Shown here one piece after another: positions 1 through 9,325 of a stretch of 64,000 nt of DNA. Source of the stretch: Yoonia sp. (GTDB taxonomy: Bacteria > Pseudomonadota > Alphaproteobacteria > Rhodobacterales > Rhodobacteraceae); the NCBI RefSeq assembly GCF_017854415.1, contig NZ_JAFMHR010000001.1, positions 6 to 64,005 on the forward strand, written 5' to 3'. The first letter of the stretch is position 1. Every line of letters starts with the position of its first letter. The position numbers and the translations under genes were made by a program. A model generated the notes under the pieces. It was not told the origin of the DNA. It searched no databases and was given only the letters and a program-made list of their open reading frames with translations.

Positions 1-17
1 GACCCGCAACCCCATGG

Positions 18-1100
18 TTAAAGTGCCGCCAGCACAGCGTCACCCGCTTGCTGGGTGCTTGCAGTACCGCCCAGATCAGCCGTCAGGATTTGGCCCGCAT
101 CAATGACGCTTTCAACTGCCGTGCGCAGCCTTTGACCATCGGCCGCAAGCGCCGCAATATCGTGCCGCAGCCCTAGCCATTCCAACATCATCGCACCGGA
201 CAAGATCATCGCCAAAGGGTTCGCCTTGCCCTGCCCTGCGATATCAGGTGCAGAACCATGACAGGGTTGGAATACAGCTTGATCCAGCCCGATGTCTGCC
301 GAAGGTGCGACGCCCAAACCACCCATCAAGCCAGCGCCAAGGTCGGACAGGATATCGCCAAACATATTTTCGGTGACCATGACGTCAAAGTCCCATGGCT
401 TTTGCACCATCCAAAGCGCTGTCGCATCCACATAGGCATGATCCGCGATCAAATCCGGAAATGCCTTGGCTTCTTCGTCGAAAATGCCGCGAAAATATGC
501 AAATGCGCGAAACACATTGGCTTTGTCCACACAAGTCACGCGGCCTGGGCCGCGCCCTTGAGCCTTGCGATCTCTGGCCAATGCGAATGCAAAGCGGAAC
601 AGTTTCTCGCTGACTTCGCGCGTTATGCGCAGTGTCTCTTCGGCATAATCGTCCGTTACGGTGCCAGTCCCTTGGGTGTGAAACAACCCTTCGGTGCTTT
701 CGCGGATTAACACGAAATCAATCTCGCGGCCTTGCGGGATTTTCAGTGGTGACAATGGCCCCGGCCCCACGCGCACAGGGCGTACTCCCGCAAATAAGTT
801 GAATGCTTTGCGCAGGTCAATTTGCGGCGAAATTTCAGTTCCGTCGGCATAGCGCACGTCAGGCAGACCCATAGCGGATAGCAATATGGCATCAGCCGCA
901 CCAGCAGCATCTAACGAGGATTTGGGCAAGCTATCACCCGTCTTGGCATAGTGTGCGGCCCCCGCCGGATGTGCCGTAAATGTCAGGGTATAGTCCCCAT
1001 TCGCCTCCGCGATTTTGCGCAAGATTGCCAATGTTGGCGCCATAATCTCTGGGCCAATACCATCACCTTCGAAGACAGCAATATCCAAGTTTCGTGTCAT
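18..1100 (-). CDS. isocitrate/isopropylmalate dehydrogenase-family oxidoreductase (tartrate/D-malate dehydrogenase-like)
   Basis: ORF 18..1196(-) trimmed to the internal ATG (cat at 1098-1100). This gives MTRNLDIAVFEGDGIGPEI..., with ENMFGDILSDLGAGLMGGLG later. Both are hallmarks of beta-decarboxylating dehydrogenases. Confidence 0.8.
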   Translation of the reverse strand: MTRNLDIAVFEGDGIGPEIMAPTLAILRKIAEANGDYTLTFTAHPAGAAHYAKTGDSLPKSSLDAAGAADAILLSAMGLPDVRYADGTEISPQIDLRKAFNLFAGVRPVRVGPGPLSPLKIPQGREIDFVLIRESTEGLFHTQGTGTVTDDYAEETLRITREVSEKLFRFAFALARDRKAQGRGPGRVTCVDKANVFRAFAYFRGIFDEEAKAFPDLIADHAYVDATALWMVQKPWDFDVMVTENMFGDILSDLGAGLMGGLGVAPSADIGLDQAVFQPCHGSAPDIAGQGKANPLAMILSGAMMLEWLGLRHDIAALAADGQRLRTAVESVIDAGQILTADLGGTASTQQAGDAVLAAL

Positions 1101-1126
1101 GTTACCCTCACCCGCCAAATCAATTC

Positions 1127-1155
1127 TTGACAACGTATACATTAATGTATGCATA
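1127..1155 (+). promoter_or_regulatory. candidate promoter/operator: TTGACA (1127-1132) followed by a perfect 14-bp palindrome ATACATTAATGTAT (1137-1150)
   Basis: Read directly in the 150-bp divergent intergenic region between the dehydrogenase (-) and the ABM/lactonase/otnK/otnC operon (+). Confidence 0.4.
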
Positions 1156-1250
1156 AATCCAGTGTGAAATTGGGCGCGTAGTACCGCTAAGATCATTGCG
1201 CACCAAGCTTTGATCGGTCACGCTAAGCGCGGGAAAGCAGAGGTTCAGCT

Positions 1251-1541
1251 ATGTATGCAGTCTGTGTGAAATTCGACCTCAAAGACGGGAAAACCGCCGG
1301 TTTTATGCCGCTGATGCGCGACAATGCGCAGGCGTCTTTGCGCACCGAAGAAGGTTGCTTGCAATTTGATGTGTTGTCTGACCCGTCCAAGCCGGACAGT
1401 GTTTTTCTATACGAGATTTATGCAGATCGCGCTGCGTTCGACTTTCATTTGGCGAGCGACCATTTCCAGAGCTTTGATGCGGCAACTGCGGATATGATTG
1501 CCGCCAAAGACATCCAAACATGGACCGAGGTTGCACAATGA
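1251..1541 (+). CDS. antibiotic-biosynthesis-monooxygenase (ABM) domain protein
   Basis: 96 aa. The pattern (GCLQFDV...FLYEIYADRAAFDFHLASDHF) is typical of YgiN-like ABM ferredoxin-fold proteins. Confidence 0.65.
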   Translation: MYAVCVKFDLKDGKTAGFMPLMRDNAQASLRTEEGCLQFDVLSDPSKPDSVFLYEIYADRAAFDFHLASDHFQSFDAATADMIAAKDIQTWTEVAQ

Positions 1542-2323
1542 ACGCATGGGAAGTTCACGCCGTTAAATACGCAGATCGCAACGCCCGAACGCGCGCTGAC
1601 AGCTTTCTGTTTGACGACAATCACGACGCACCACACGCGATGGATTACTTCATGTGGGTGCTGCGTCGCGGGGCCGAAGTTATCTTGGTGGACACGGGTT
1701 ATGACGACGCAGAGGCGGCATCGCGCGACAGACCCATCCGCCTCAATCCGCACGAAGCACTCGCACCGCTCGGCCTGAAACCAGAAGATATCACGACGCT
1801 GATCGTCACCCATCTTCACTATGATCATGCAGGCGGGATGCATCTATTTCCCAATGCCACGCTTCATATGCAGGCGGCAGAAATGGCTTTTGCCACAGGG
1901 CCTTGTATGTGCCACGACGCGTTGCGGATGCCCTTCACGGCAGGCCATGTTTGCGAAGCCGTCAAGCGGCTCTATGCGGGCAAACTGGTATTCCATGATG
2001 GTGATGGTGAAATAGCAGAAGGCGTCACGGTGCACTGCATCGGTGGGCATTCGCGCGGTCTGCAATGCGTGCGCGTGCGGACGGCGGCGGGCTGGATGGT
2101 GTTGGCGTCAGATGCGGCGCATTACTATGAGAATTTCGAGGCACGCAAACCGTTTCCGATCGTGGTGGACTTGCAGAACATGCTTGATGGATACGACACG
2201 CTTTATCGGCTGGCATCGGCGCCTGACCTCATTATTCCGGGCCATGATCCACTTGTAACGCAGTATTTCCCCCAAGACATCGCACCACACATCACCCGAT
2301 TGGATCAGGGGCGCAAAACATGA
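1538..2323 (+). CDS. MBL-fold hydrolase, N-acyl-homoserine-lactonase-like family
   Basis: Has the THLHYDHAGG (HxHxDH) motif as in AiiA/AttM-type lactonases. The ATG at 1538 overlaps the upstream stop (ATGA). Confidence 0.75.
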   Translation: MNAWEVHAVKYADRNARTRADSFLFDDNHDAPHAMDYFMWVLRRGAEVILVDTGYDDAEAASRDRPIRLNPHEALAPLGLKPEDITTLIVTHLHYDHAGGMHLFPNATLHMQAAEMAFATGPCMCHDALRMPFTAGHVCEAVKRLYAGKLVFHDGDGEIAEGVTVHCIGGHSRGLQCVRVRTAAGWMVLASDAAHYYENFEARKPFPIVVDLQNMLDGYDTLYRLASAPDLIIPGHDPLVTQYFPQDIAPHITRLDQGRKT

Positions 2324-3537
2324 AAATTGGCGTGATCGCAGATGATTTCACGGGCGCATCCGACATTGCTCTGACACTTGCCGAAGGGGGCATGCGGACC
2401 GCGCAATTCGTCGGCATCCCAGAAGTATCCGTTGGTGTGGATGCAGGAATTGTCGCGCTTAAATCCCGCACAATCCCTGTTTCAGAGGCGATTTCCCAAA
2501 GCCTAGCTGCCTGTGATTGGCTCCTTGCCCAAGGCGCGGAGCAAATCATTTTCAAGGTATGTTCCACATTTGATAGCACCGATGCGGGCAATATTGGGCA
2601 GGTCGCCCAAGCGCTTGCCGAACATATGGGTACGACACATGTGATGGTTTGCCCCGCATTCCCCGCCAATGGGCGCAGCGTTTATATGGGGCATCTGTTT
2701 GTGGGTGATGTGTTGCTCAACGAAAGTGGTATGCAAGATCATCCACTGACGCCAATGAAAGACGCGGATTTAAGGCGTGTTTTAGGGCGGCAAACGACTT
2801 GGCCCGTTGGACATATTGACCGCGCGACAGTCGCTAAAGGGGCGGCCGACATCCTGTCCGCCTTGCCGACAGGCAACGCCATGATGATCGTCGATGCGAT
2901 CACAGAAGATGATTTACACACCATCGGGGCGGCGGCAAAAGGCCAGAAACTACTGACAGGTGGGTCAGGCATCGCACTTGGCTTGCCTGCAAATTTCGGG
3001 GCCACACCCGCGACACCTGCTTGGGTTGGGATCACAGGGCCGGGGGTCGTGCTTTCGGGGTCATGCAGCCGCGCCACACGCGAGCAAGTTGCCAAATACA
3101 AAGCCACCACCCCGTCACGCGAAATCACTGCTGAGGCCGTCATGGTAGGCGACATAAACGCCGATGAATTGGCCGATTGGGTGATGGCCCAAAACACACC
3201 GCCGTTGGTTTATTCTTCGGCCGATCCCGCAATCGTGGCCAAGGCACAGACTGATTTCGGCGCTGGCGTAATCGCAGAAATGATTGAAAGCCTCTTTGCC
3301 GACCTAGCTGAAAAACTCGCCCAGCGCGGCGTGAAACGGATGGTTGTCGCGGGGGGTGAAACCTCTGGGGCTGTCGTGACCGGATTGCGTGCGCAAACGC
3401 TGTTGATCGGACCAAAGCTGGCCAATGGCGTGCCAGCTTTGCGGCATGGCGACATGGCGCTTGCGTTAAAATCCGGCAACTTTGGCGGGCCGGACTTCTT
3501 CACAACCGCCCTATGCGACATGGAACGCACTACATGA
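2320..3537 (+). CDS. otnK: 3-oxo-tetronate kinase (four-carbon acid-sugar kinase, DUF1537/YgbK family)
   Basis: MKIGVIADDFTGASDIA..., CSTFDST..GNIG and the C-terminal LKSGNFGGPDFF match my recollection of E. coli YgbK end to end. The start overlaps the upstream stop (ATGA). Confidence 0.8.
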   Translation: MKIGVIADDFTGASDIALTLAEGGMRTAQFVGIPEVSVGVDAGIVALKSRTIPVSEAISQSLAACDWLLAQGAEQIIFKVCSTFDSTDAGNIGQVAQALAEHMGTTHVMVCPAFPANGRSVYMGHLFVGDVLLNESGMQDHPLTPMKDADLRRVLGRQTTWPVGHIDRATVAKGAADILSALPTGNAMMIVDAITEDDLHTIGAAAKGQKLLTGGSGIALGLPANFGATPATPAWVGITGPGVVLSGSCSRATREQVAKYKATTPSREITAEAVMVGDINADELADWVMAQNTPPLVYSSADPAIVAKAQTDFGAGVIAEMIESLFADLAEKLAQRGVKRMVVAGGETSGAVVTGLRAQTLLIGPKLANGVPALRHGDMALALKSGNFGGPDFFTTALCDMERTT

Positions 3538-4181
3538 GTGAAGAAACCAAAGCCCGCGAGGATATCACCCGCTTTGCCAAATCGATCTTTGACCGTGGAC
3601 TGACGTGTGGTTCATCCGGCAATATCTCGATGCGCCTGTCTGATGATACGCTTTTGGTCACGCCCACAGGCAGTTCGATGGGGTTTTTAGACCCTGCGCA
3701 GATCAGTCGGTTGGATGCGACAGGTCAGCTGTTATCAGGTGATGCGCCGACCAAAGAAGTCGCACTTCACACAGCTTTCTATGACACGCGCGCCGCAACA
3801 GGTGCCGTTGTGCATCTGCATCCGACCCACTCGGTCGCTTTGTCGATGCTGCCCGACGTTGACCCTGACAATGTGCTGCCACCGCTTACGCCCTATACGA
3901 TCATGCGGTTGGGCAAGGTGAAACTACTGCCCTTTTTCATGCCCGGTGATCCGGCAATGGGCGAAGCTGTGCGCGGGCTTGCAGGCAAACGCAGTGCTGT
4001 TCTTTTGGCCAATCACGGCCCTGTCGTAGCGGGCAAAACACTCGACGCTGCAGTCTATGCGATGGAAGAGTTGGAAGAGACCGCAAAACTTGCCATTCTG
4101 ACACGTAGCCTTGATGCAATCGGGTTGTCTGACGCCCAAGTTTCCCAGGTCGTCAGACGGTTCAATGTGGACTACGACTGA
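3534..4181 (+). CDS. otnC: 3-oxo-tetronate 4-phosphate decarboxylase (class II aldolase/adducin family, YgbL-like)
   Basis: GSSGNIS, TPTGSS, VVHLHPTHS, LLANHGPVV and MEELEETAKL resemble YgbL. The ATG at 3534 overlaps the otnK stop (ATGA). Confidence 0.8.
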   Translation: MSEETKAREDITRFAKSIFDRGLTCGSSGNISMRLSDDTLLVTPTGSSMGFLDPAQISRLDATGQLLSGDAPTKEVALHTAFYDTRAATGAVVHLHPTHSVALSMLPDVDPDNVLPPLTPYTIMRLGKVKLLPFFMPGDPAMGEAVRGLAGKRSAVLLANHGPVVAGKTLDAAVYAMEELEETAKLAILTRSLDAIGLSDAQVSQVVRRFNVDYD

Positions 4182-4862
4182 CTAGCCTTCGTCAGGCAGT
4201 GTAAATTCCACACGGCGGTTTTGCGCGCGGCCTTCGGGATTGTCTGCACCGTCGTCGGTCAGGTTCGGGGCGATTGGATCGACTTCGCCCACACCACGTG
4301 CGGTTACGACGTCAGCGGCAAGGTCAGTGTTCGCCACAAGCCAATCACGGACAGCATCAGCGCGACGTTGACCAAGGGCTACGTTAAACGCTTCATCACC
4401 GATTGCGTCCGTATGTCCGGTGATTTCAATCGATGCTACACCGTCCAGCTTGTCTGCAACGCCGCGCAGCGTATCCAAGGCGGAGGCTTGCAATGATGCA
4501 TCGCCAAAACCGAACAGAACGTCCGACAGCATTACCATCGCATCAACTTCGCCAGCTTCGTTGGTTGTGACTCCAAGGTTCGGGTCCGAAGCGGCGATAT
4601 CCTCGAGGCTTGGTGCATCATCAGCCATCGCATCGTCTGTCATTGCATCATCAGCCATCGCATCGTCTGTCATTGCGTCGTCAGTCATCGCATCGTCTGT
4701 CATTGCGTCGTCGGTCATCGCATCGTCGGCCATCGCATCGTCTGCGATCTCTTCCATGACTTCTTCTGACATTGCCTCGGCGTTGGTCGTGTCTTCTTGG
4801 GCAATGGCCGGACCAGCGGTCGCTGCCATCAGGCACAAAAGGGTAAGGAACGGTGTGCGCAT
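4182..4862 (-). CDS. OmpA-family periplasmic/outer-membrane protein with an acidic pentapeptide repeat
   Basis: Signal peptide MRTPFLTLLCLMAATAGPAIA. C-terminal OmpA-like domain (ITGHTDAIGDEAFNVALGQRRADAVRDWL...NRRVEF). Confidence 0.8.
   Translation of the reverse strand: MRTPFLTLLCLMAATAGPAIAQEDTTNAEAMSEEVMEEIADDAMADDAMTDDAMTDDAMTDDAMTDDAMADDAMTDDAMADDAPSLEDIAASDPNLGVTTNEAGEVDAMVMLSDVLFGFGDASLQASALDTLRGVADKLDGVASIEITGHTDAIGDEAFNVALGQRRADAVRDWLVANTDLAADVVTARGVGEVDPIAPNLTDDGADNPEGRAQNRRVEFTLPDEG
4614..4742 (-). repeat. in-frame 15-bp tandem repeat, 8 full copies plus a partial one, encoding DDAM[T/A]
   Basis: The nucleotide repeat catcgcatcgtctgtcattgc(a/g)tc(a/g)tc... is visible at 4614-4742. 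The protein reads DDAMADDAMTDDAMTDDAMTDDAMTDDAMADDAMTDDAMADDA. Confidence 0.9.
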
Positions 4863-5063
4863 TTGGGGGTTCTCCGTGAAAAATTCTGCGTTGCATCCCT
4901 GCTATGTCAATGCGCCCTGCAAGGTAAAATAAACACTCATCATATCGGCGTCATGGATTGTTGCAGTCCAACTTGGGGTATTGCGCCACGCAAGATGCGC
5001 AAGATCGCAAACAAAGCTTTTGGCCCCATCGACAGGCCCGATCAGACTGCGTAAACCTGATCT

Positions 5064-5798
5064 ATGATAGCGCCCCAATCACAACCAGAATTGCGCCCCC
5101 TCGGGATAGACGGTGTCTTGGTACGCTTTGCGCGCACCCTAACAGAAGCTGCCAACGCCCGCGCAATAGGGTTTTGCGAGCGTATAAAGGTCGCAGAGAT
5201 AACGGGCGTGACCGAAGTTGCATCTTCGTTGGTGTCGGTACGGGTCGGATTTGATCCCCAATTGACGAACCGGACCACAATCGAAGATGCAATCGAACGG
5301 CTACTGACATCAGAGCAAGCAGCTGACAACGAACCCAAACGCTTGTGGCGCATTCCGGCGGCGTTTGGGCCAGACTTCGCCCCCCAACTACACGAAGTCG
5401 CGACCCTCGTTGGACTTACCCCCGCACAAGCGATCGCAGAAATCGAAGCCACAACCGTGCGCGTCATCGCGATTGGATTTGCGCCCGGCCAGCCTTATCT
5501 CGGCATGTTGCCCCCGGCGTGGGATGTGCCCCGCCAATCCACATTGACAGACAGCCTGCCGCGCGGCGCATTAATTTGTGCTGTGCGCCAATTGATTGTC
5601 TGGGCCGCCGATGCGCCGACAGGCTGGCGGCACATCGGACAGACCGCCTTTCGCGTGTACTTGCCAGACGCACCGACGCCATTTGCATTTGAGCCCGGGG
5701 ATGCCGTGCAATTCAGCGCTGTTTCAGACAGTGAATTTCGCGACATCCAAGCCAATACCGACACCAATGGCGGCGCGACTTGCGAGGTGCTGCGGTAA
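5064..5798 (+). CDS. pxpB: 5-oxoprolinase subunit B (allophanate hydrolase subunit 1/KipI family)
   Basis: Family-typical N-terminus (RPLGIDGVLVRFA) and context directly upstream of pxpC and pxpA. Confidence 0.8.
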   Translation: MIAPQSQPELRPLGIDGVLVRFARTLTEAANARAIGFCERIKVAEITGVTEVASSLVSVRVGFDPQLTNRTTIEDAIERLLTSEQAADNEPKRLWRIPAAFGPDFAPQLHEVATLVGLTPAQAIAEIEATTVRVIAIGFAPGQPYLGMLPPAWDVPRQSTLTDSLPRGALICAVRQLIVWAADAPTGWRHIGQTAFRVYLPDAPTPFAFEPGDAVQFSAVSDSEFRDIQANTDTNGGATCEVLR

Positions 5799-6817
5799 TG
5801 GCGGAACTTAGCATCATCAGCGCAGGGAATGGCCTGACCGTACAAGACCTTGGGCGGCCTGGATGGAAGGCTCAAGGTCTTTCAACTGGCGGTGCAGCTG
5901 ACCCGCTCGCTTTACTTGAGGCAGCATCGCTATTAGGCATCGCGCCGACACAGGCTGTCATTGAGATGATGGGCTTTGGTGGGCGGTTTTCGGTGAGCGA
6001 AGGCACGCGGTTTGCGTTAACTGGTGCCGCGATGGAGGCCGATGTCGATGGCGTCCGGATCTTACCGAACACCACATCATTTTTGCCCGCAGGTGCAACA
6101 CTGACCATAGGTGCGGCAAAAGCAGGCGTTTATGGCTACGTCGCGTTTGCGGGTGGGGTCACAACGCCAAAGATCATGGATAGCCGCGCCGCCCATCTGA
6201 CCGCCGGGATAGGCAAACGCTTGCAGGCCGGCGACACACTTCCCCTTGGTGCTGACCCTGACCGCATGCGCGCACCACAAAGACTGCGCGCCGAGGATCG
6301 CTTTGGCGGTGGCGTGGTCCGGATTATGCCAGGTCCCCAAACGGATTTCTTTGATCAAAACGCGCGAGACGCATTTACTGGAACAACATTTCACCGCAGC
6401 CCCCGTGGTAACAGGCAAGGTATCCGGCTGGATCAAACTGGCGCAGAATTTGGTGCCAAAGATGGTCTTAACCACGTCTCTGACCTGATCGTTCTCGGTG
6501 ATATTCAGATCACGGGTGCGGGCGTGCCGTATGTCCTGCTTGCGGAATGCCAGACAATTGGCGGCTACCCACGCATCGGCAGTGTGATACCCGCAGACCT
6601 GCCCAAGATCGCCCAAGCCGCCCCCGGAACACCGCTTCAGTTCCAGTTCTTGACGCTGGAAGAAGCGGACGCGACGACCCAATCCCAAGCTGCAAAACTG
6701 CGTCAGCTAACGCAGTTGTGCCAGCCAATGGTGCGTGATCCGCATGACATCGCAGATTTGCTACGCTACCAATTGATCAGCGGTGCAACCCGCGGCGACG
6801 ATCTGGAAGGGTCTTGA
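5798..6817 (+). CDS. pxpC: 5-oxoprolinase subunit C (allophanate hydrolase subunit 2/KipA family)
   Basis: MAELSIISAGNGLTVQDLGRPG... is typical of the family. The ATG overlaps the pxpB stop (TAATG). Confidence 0.8.
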   Translation: MAELSIISAGNGLTVQDLGRPGWKAQGLSTGGAADPLALLEAASLLGIAPTQAVIEMMGFGGRFSVSEGTRFALTGAAMEADVDGVRILPNTTSFLPAGATLTIGAAKAGVYGYVAFAGGVTTPKIMDSRAAHLTAGIGKRLQAGDTLPLGADPDRMRAPQRLRAEDRFGGGVVRIMPGPQTDFFDQNARDAFTGTTFHRSPRGNRQGIRLDQTGAEFGAKDGLNHVSDLIVLGDIQITGAGVPYVLLAECQTIGGYPRIGSVIPADLPKIAQAAPGTPLQFQFLTLEEADATTQSQAAKLRQLTQLCQPMVRDPHDIADLLRYQLISGATRGDDLEGS

Positions 6818-6818
6818 T

Positions 6819-7577
6819 ATGACGCGCAAGGTTGATCTGAATGCGGACATGGGCGAAGGATTTGGCCCTTGGCGGATGGGTGATGATGCAGCCTTGTTGG
6901 ACATCGTCTCATCGGCCAATGTCGCTTGTGGTTTTCACGCAGGCGATCCGAATGTGATGCATGATACTATGCGTTTGGCTGTTGAGAATGGCGTGGGCAT
7001 TGGTGCCCATCCGGGGTTTGCCGATCTGAAAGGTTTTGGGCGGCGTAAACTGCCACTGCCGCATAATGAGATCGCCAATGATGTGGCCTACCAGTTGGGT
7101 GCGGCGCAGGCTGTAGCTTCCCGTGTTGGTGGCAAGATCAGGCATTTGAAACTGCATGGTGCTTTGTCCAACATGGCCTCGGTTGATCATACACTTGCGC
7201 GGGCCTGCTATCAGGCCGCCCTTGATGTGGACCCAAACATCGTGATCATGGTTCTTGCCGCGACCGCAATGGAAGAAGTGGTGCGCGAACTTGGCTGCAA
7301 TTGGGCGGGCGAAATTTTCGCAGATCGCGCTTACAATGACGATGCGACGCTCGTAGATCGGGCCTTGCCCAATGCCGTCCTGCACGATGCCGAAATAGCA
7401 GCCCCGCGCATCCTGAAAATGTTAGAGGCTGGCGCGATCATCGCCGAAAGCGGCAAGCATATCCCTTGCCAGATCGACACGATTTGCTTGCACGGTGACA
7501 CACCGGGGGCTGTCGCCATGGCGCGCGGTATGCGCGACCACCTGACCAACGCGGGCATTACGATTACACCGCTTTAA
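6819..7577 (+). CDS. pxpA: 5-oxoprolinase subunit A (LamB/YcsF family)
   Basis: MTRKVDLNADMGEGFG...ANVACGFHAGDP...HGAL are LamB/YcsF hallmarks. Confidence 0.85.
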   Translation: MTRKVDLNADMGEGFGPWRMGDDAALLDIVSSANVACGFHAGDPNVMHDTMRLAVENGVGIGAHPGFADLKGFGRRKLPLPHNEIANDVAYQLGAAQAVASRVGGKIRHLKLHGALSNMASVDHTLARACYQAALDVDPNIVIMVLAATAMEEVVRELGCNWAGEIFADRAYNDDATLVDRALPNAVLHDAEIAAPRILKMLEAGAIIAESGKHIPCQIDTICLHGDTPGAVAMARGMRDHLTNAGITITPL

Positions 7578-7586
7578 GGATTAGAC

Positions 7587-8255
7587 ATGGAACTCAACGC
7601 TGACTTCACGCAACGCGTCCTATTGCATTCACAAGATATCCCGTGGAAGGCATCGCCCATGGCTGGCGTTGACCGTCGCATGCTGGACCGTATCGGGGAC
7701 GAGGTCGCGCGCGCCACATCTATTGTCCGCTATGCACCGGGTAGCCAGTTTTCCGCCCATACACATACCGGCGGCGAAGAATTCATCGTGCTGGACAGCG
7801 TATTCCAAGACGAGCATGGCGACTATCCAGCGGGCACATACGTCCGCAACCCGCCCACAACATCACACACCCCCGGGGCCGCCGAAGGATGCGTGATATT
7901 CGTCAAGCTTTGGCAATTCGACGCCGATGACCGCAATCAATTTAGATCAGAAATGGATGCTGATCTGGTGGCTGGCGGTTCAGGCATGCATGTAAACATT
8001 CTGCATAAAGATGCGCGTGAAACGGTCCGCTTTGTCGCCTTGGACGCGGGCAGCACGCTGACCGAAACCCCGCTTGGCGGCGCAGAGCTTTTGATGATCT
8101 CTGGCAGTACCACAGAAAACGGCGATGACTTGACTGAAGGGTCGTGGCTTCGTTTGCCCCAAGATATGCAGCTAAAGGTCACTGCAGGAGCCCAAGGTGC
8201 TAAATTCTGGATCAAAACAGGGCATCTACCCTTTGCCGCCGCACCATTAGCCTGA
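7587..8255 (+). CDS. ChrR-like bicupin protein (no anti-sigma N-terminal domain)
   Basis: Cupin motif [14 protein letters not shown] and a second cupin-like half. AAGGA ribosome-binding site at 7576-7580. Confidence 0.6.
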   Translation: MELNADFTQRVLLHSQDIPWKASPMAGVDRRMLDRIGDEVARATSIVRYAPGSQFSAHTHTGGEEFIVLDSVFQDEHGDYPAGTYVRNPPTTSHTPGAAEGCVIFVKLWQFDADDRNQFRSEMDADLVAGGSGMHVNILHKDARETVRFVALDAGSTLTETPLGGAELLMISGSTTENGDDLTEGSWLRLPQDMQLKVTAGAQGAKFWIKTGHLPFAAAPLA

Positions 8256-8273
8256 ATTTCCAAAGATGATGCG

Positions 8274-9278
8274 CTAAGCGCGAAAGCCTTCGGGGATTGC
8301 ATCGTGGCCGTCTAAAATGAAATCGGCCATGACTTCGCCCACCTTCGGGGCCATGCCAAACCCGATCTTGAAGCCACCGTTCGCGATATATTCGCCTGTG
8401 CGGATCGGGTGCAGCCCCAAGACAGGTGCGCGGCTTTTGCTGCGCGGACGCACACCGGCCCAACGTTCGACCACCTCTGCACCAGACAGAACCGGAAAGG
8501 CCGCATATGCCCGCGCAAGCACATCGTCCAGTGCAGCGTCGGTTTGAAATGGCGCATCAAATTCACGCTCTGACGTCGACCCGACAGCAACCGTTCCGTC
8601 ACCGTGCGGGATGATGTGTAGGGCATCAGCGAATAACTGTGGCTGTCCAATTGCATCATAGCGCAACAGGGCCGCCTGCCCTTTGACGCCGTTGCCCCCG
8701 ATCTCTTTCATGCCTGCCCAGCCTGTAGCCCATACGATTTTACCGACCGTGGCACCTTCGCGAACCACTTCACCACCAAGTGCCACAACCGCATCCGCAA
8801 GCGCGCGGGTTGCACGGCGCGGATGGATCAGCCCAGACAAAGTATCTTGAACAACAAGGCCGGATGGTGAAGGCGGCATCCAAGTGGAACCTCCGGCAGC
8901 CTCGACCGTCCACACCGCTTTGCCTTGCCACAGATTTTGCGCAGAAAGCGCGCGCGCACGTGCCAATTCAACAGCGCGGTCGTCCACCAACGGCTGCAAA
9001 CGGCCAGAGCGGAAATAGCCTACATCTGCCCCTGCCAATTCGCTAACTTTGCGCCAGAACGCGTCGGCCATGATCAGACTATCGAATTGAAACGCTTTTT
9101 TGTCGTTCCAGTTTTCAGGCACATGCGGGGCCAAAGCGCCGATCAGCCCGCCGCTAGAACCTGAAGCGATACCATGCGGATCGATCACGCGCACGGACGC
9201 CCCGCGCACGGCGCACGCAAAGGCCACAGACAGGCCAAAGACGCCTGCACCCATTACTGTGACATCTATCGTTGCCAT
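8274..9278 (-). CDS. FAD-dependent oxidoreductase, MnmC oxidase-domain-like
   Basis: ORF trimmed to MATIDVTVMGAGVFGLSVA (GxGxxG). It is divergent from the mnmD-type methyltransferase. Confidence 0.65.
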   Translation of the reverse strand: MATIDVTVMGAGVFGLSVAFACAVRGASVRVIDPHGIASGSSGGLIGALAPHVPENWNDKKAFQFDSLIMADAFWRKVSELAGADVGYFRSGRLQPLVDDRAVELARARALSAQNLWQGKAVWTVEAAGGSTWMPPSPSGLVVQDTLSGLIHPRRATRALADAVVALGGEVVREGATVGKIVWATGWAGMKEIGGNGVKGQAALLRYDAIGQPQLFADALHIIPHGDGTVAVGSTSEREFDAPFQTDAALDDVLARAYAAFPVLSGAEVVERWAGVRPRSKSRAPVLGLHPIRTGEYIANGGFKIGFGMAPKVGEVMADFILDGHDAIPEGFRA

Positions 9279-9325
9279 TCCGCGTCCTTCCGACCAAAGA
9301 TGGGTCAGGCTTAAGGCACAGACCC

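Noticed and set aside
1538-2323. Quorum-quenching AHL lactonase role for the MBL hydrolase
   Set aside because: The HxHxDH motif alone cannot assign a substrate. The operon context with otnK/otnC points to sugar-acid lactones rather than signalling molecules, so I do not claim a quorum-quenching call.
4420-4932. 170-aa plus-strand ORF with a striking SSVIASSAIASS repeat
   Set aside because: It is simply the reverse-strand reading of the DDAM[T/A] tandem repeat. The minus-strand frame has a signal peptide and an OmpA domain.
6077-6688. 203-aa minus-strand ORF inside pxpC
   Set aside because: This is an antisense shadow ORF with no motifs. pxpC on the plus strand is well supported.
7587-8255. 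ChrR anti-sigma factor
   Set aside because: Only the cupin portion is present. There is no N-terminal zinc-binding anti-sigma domain and no adjacent ECF sigma gene.
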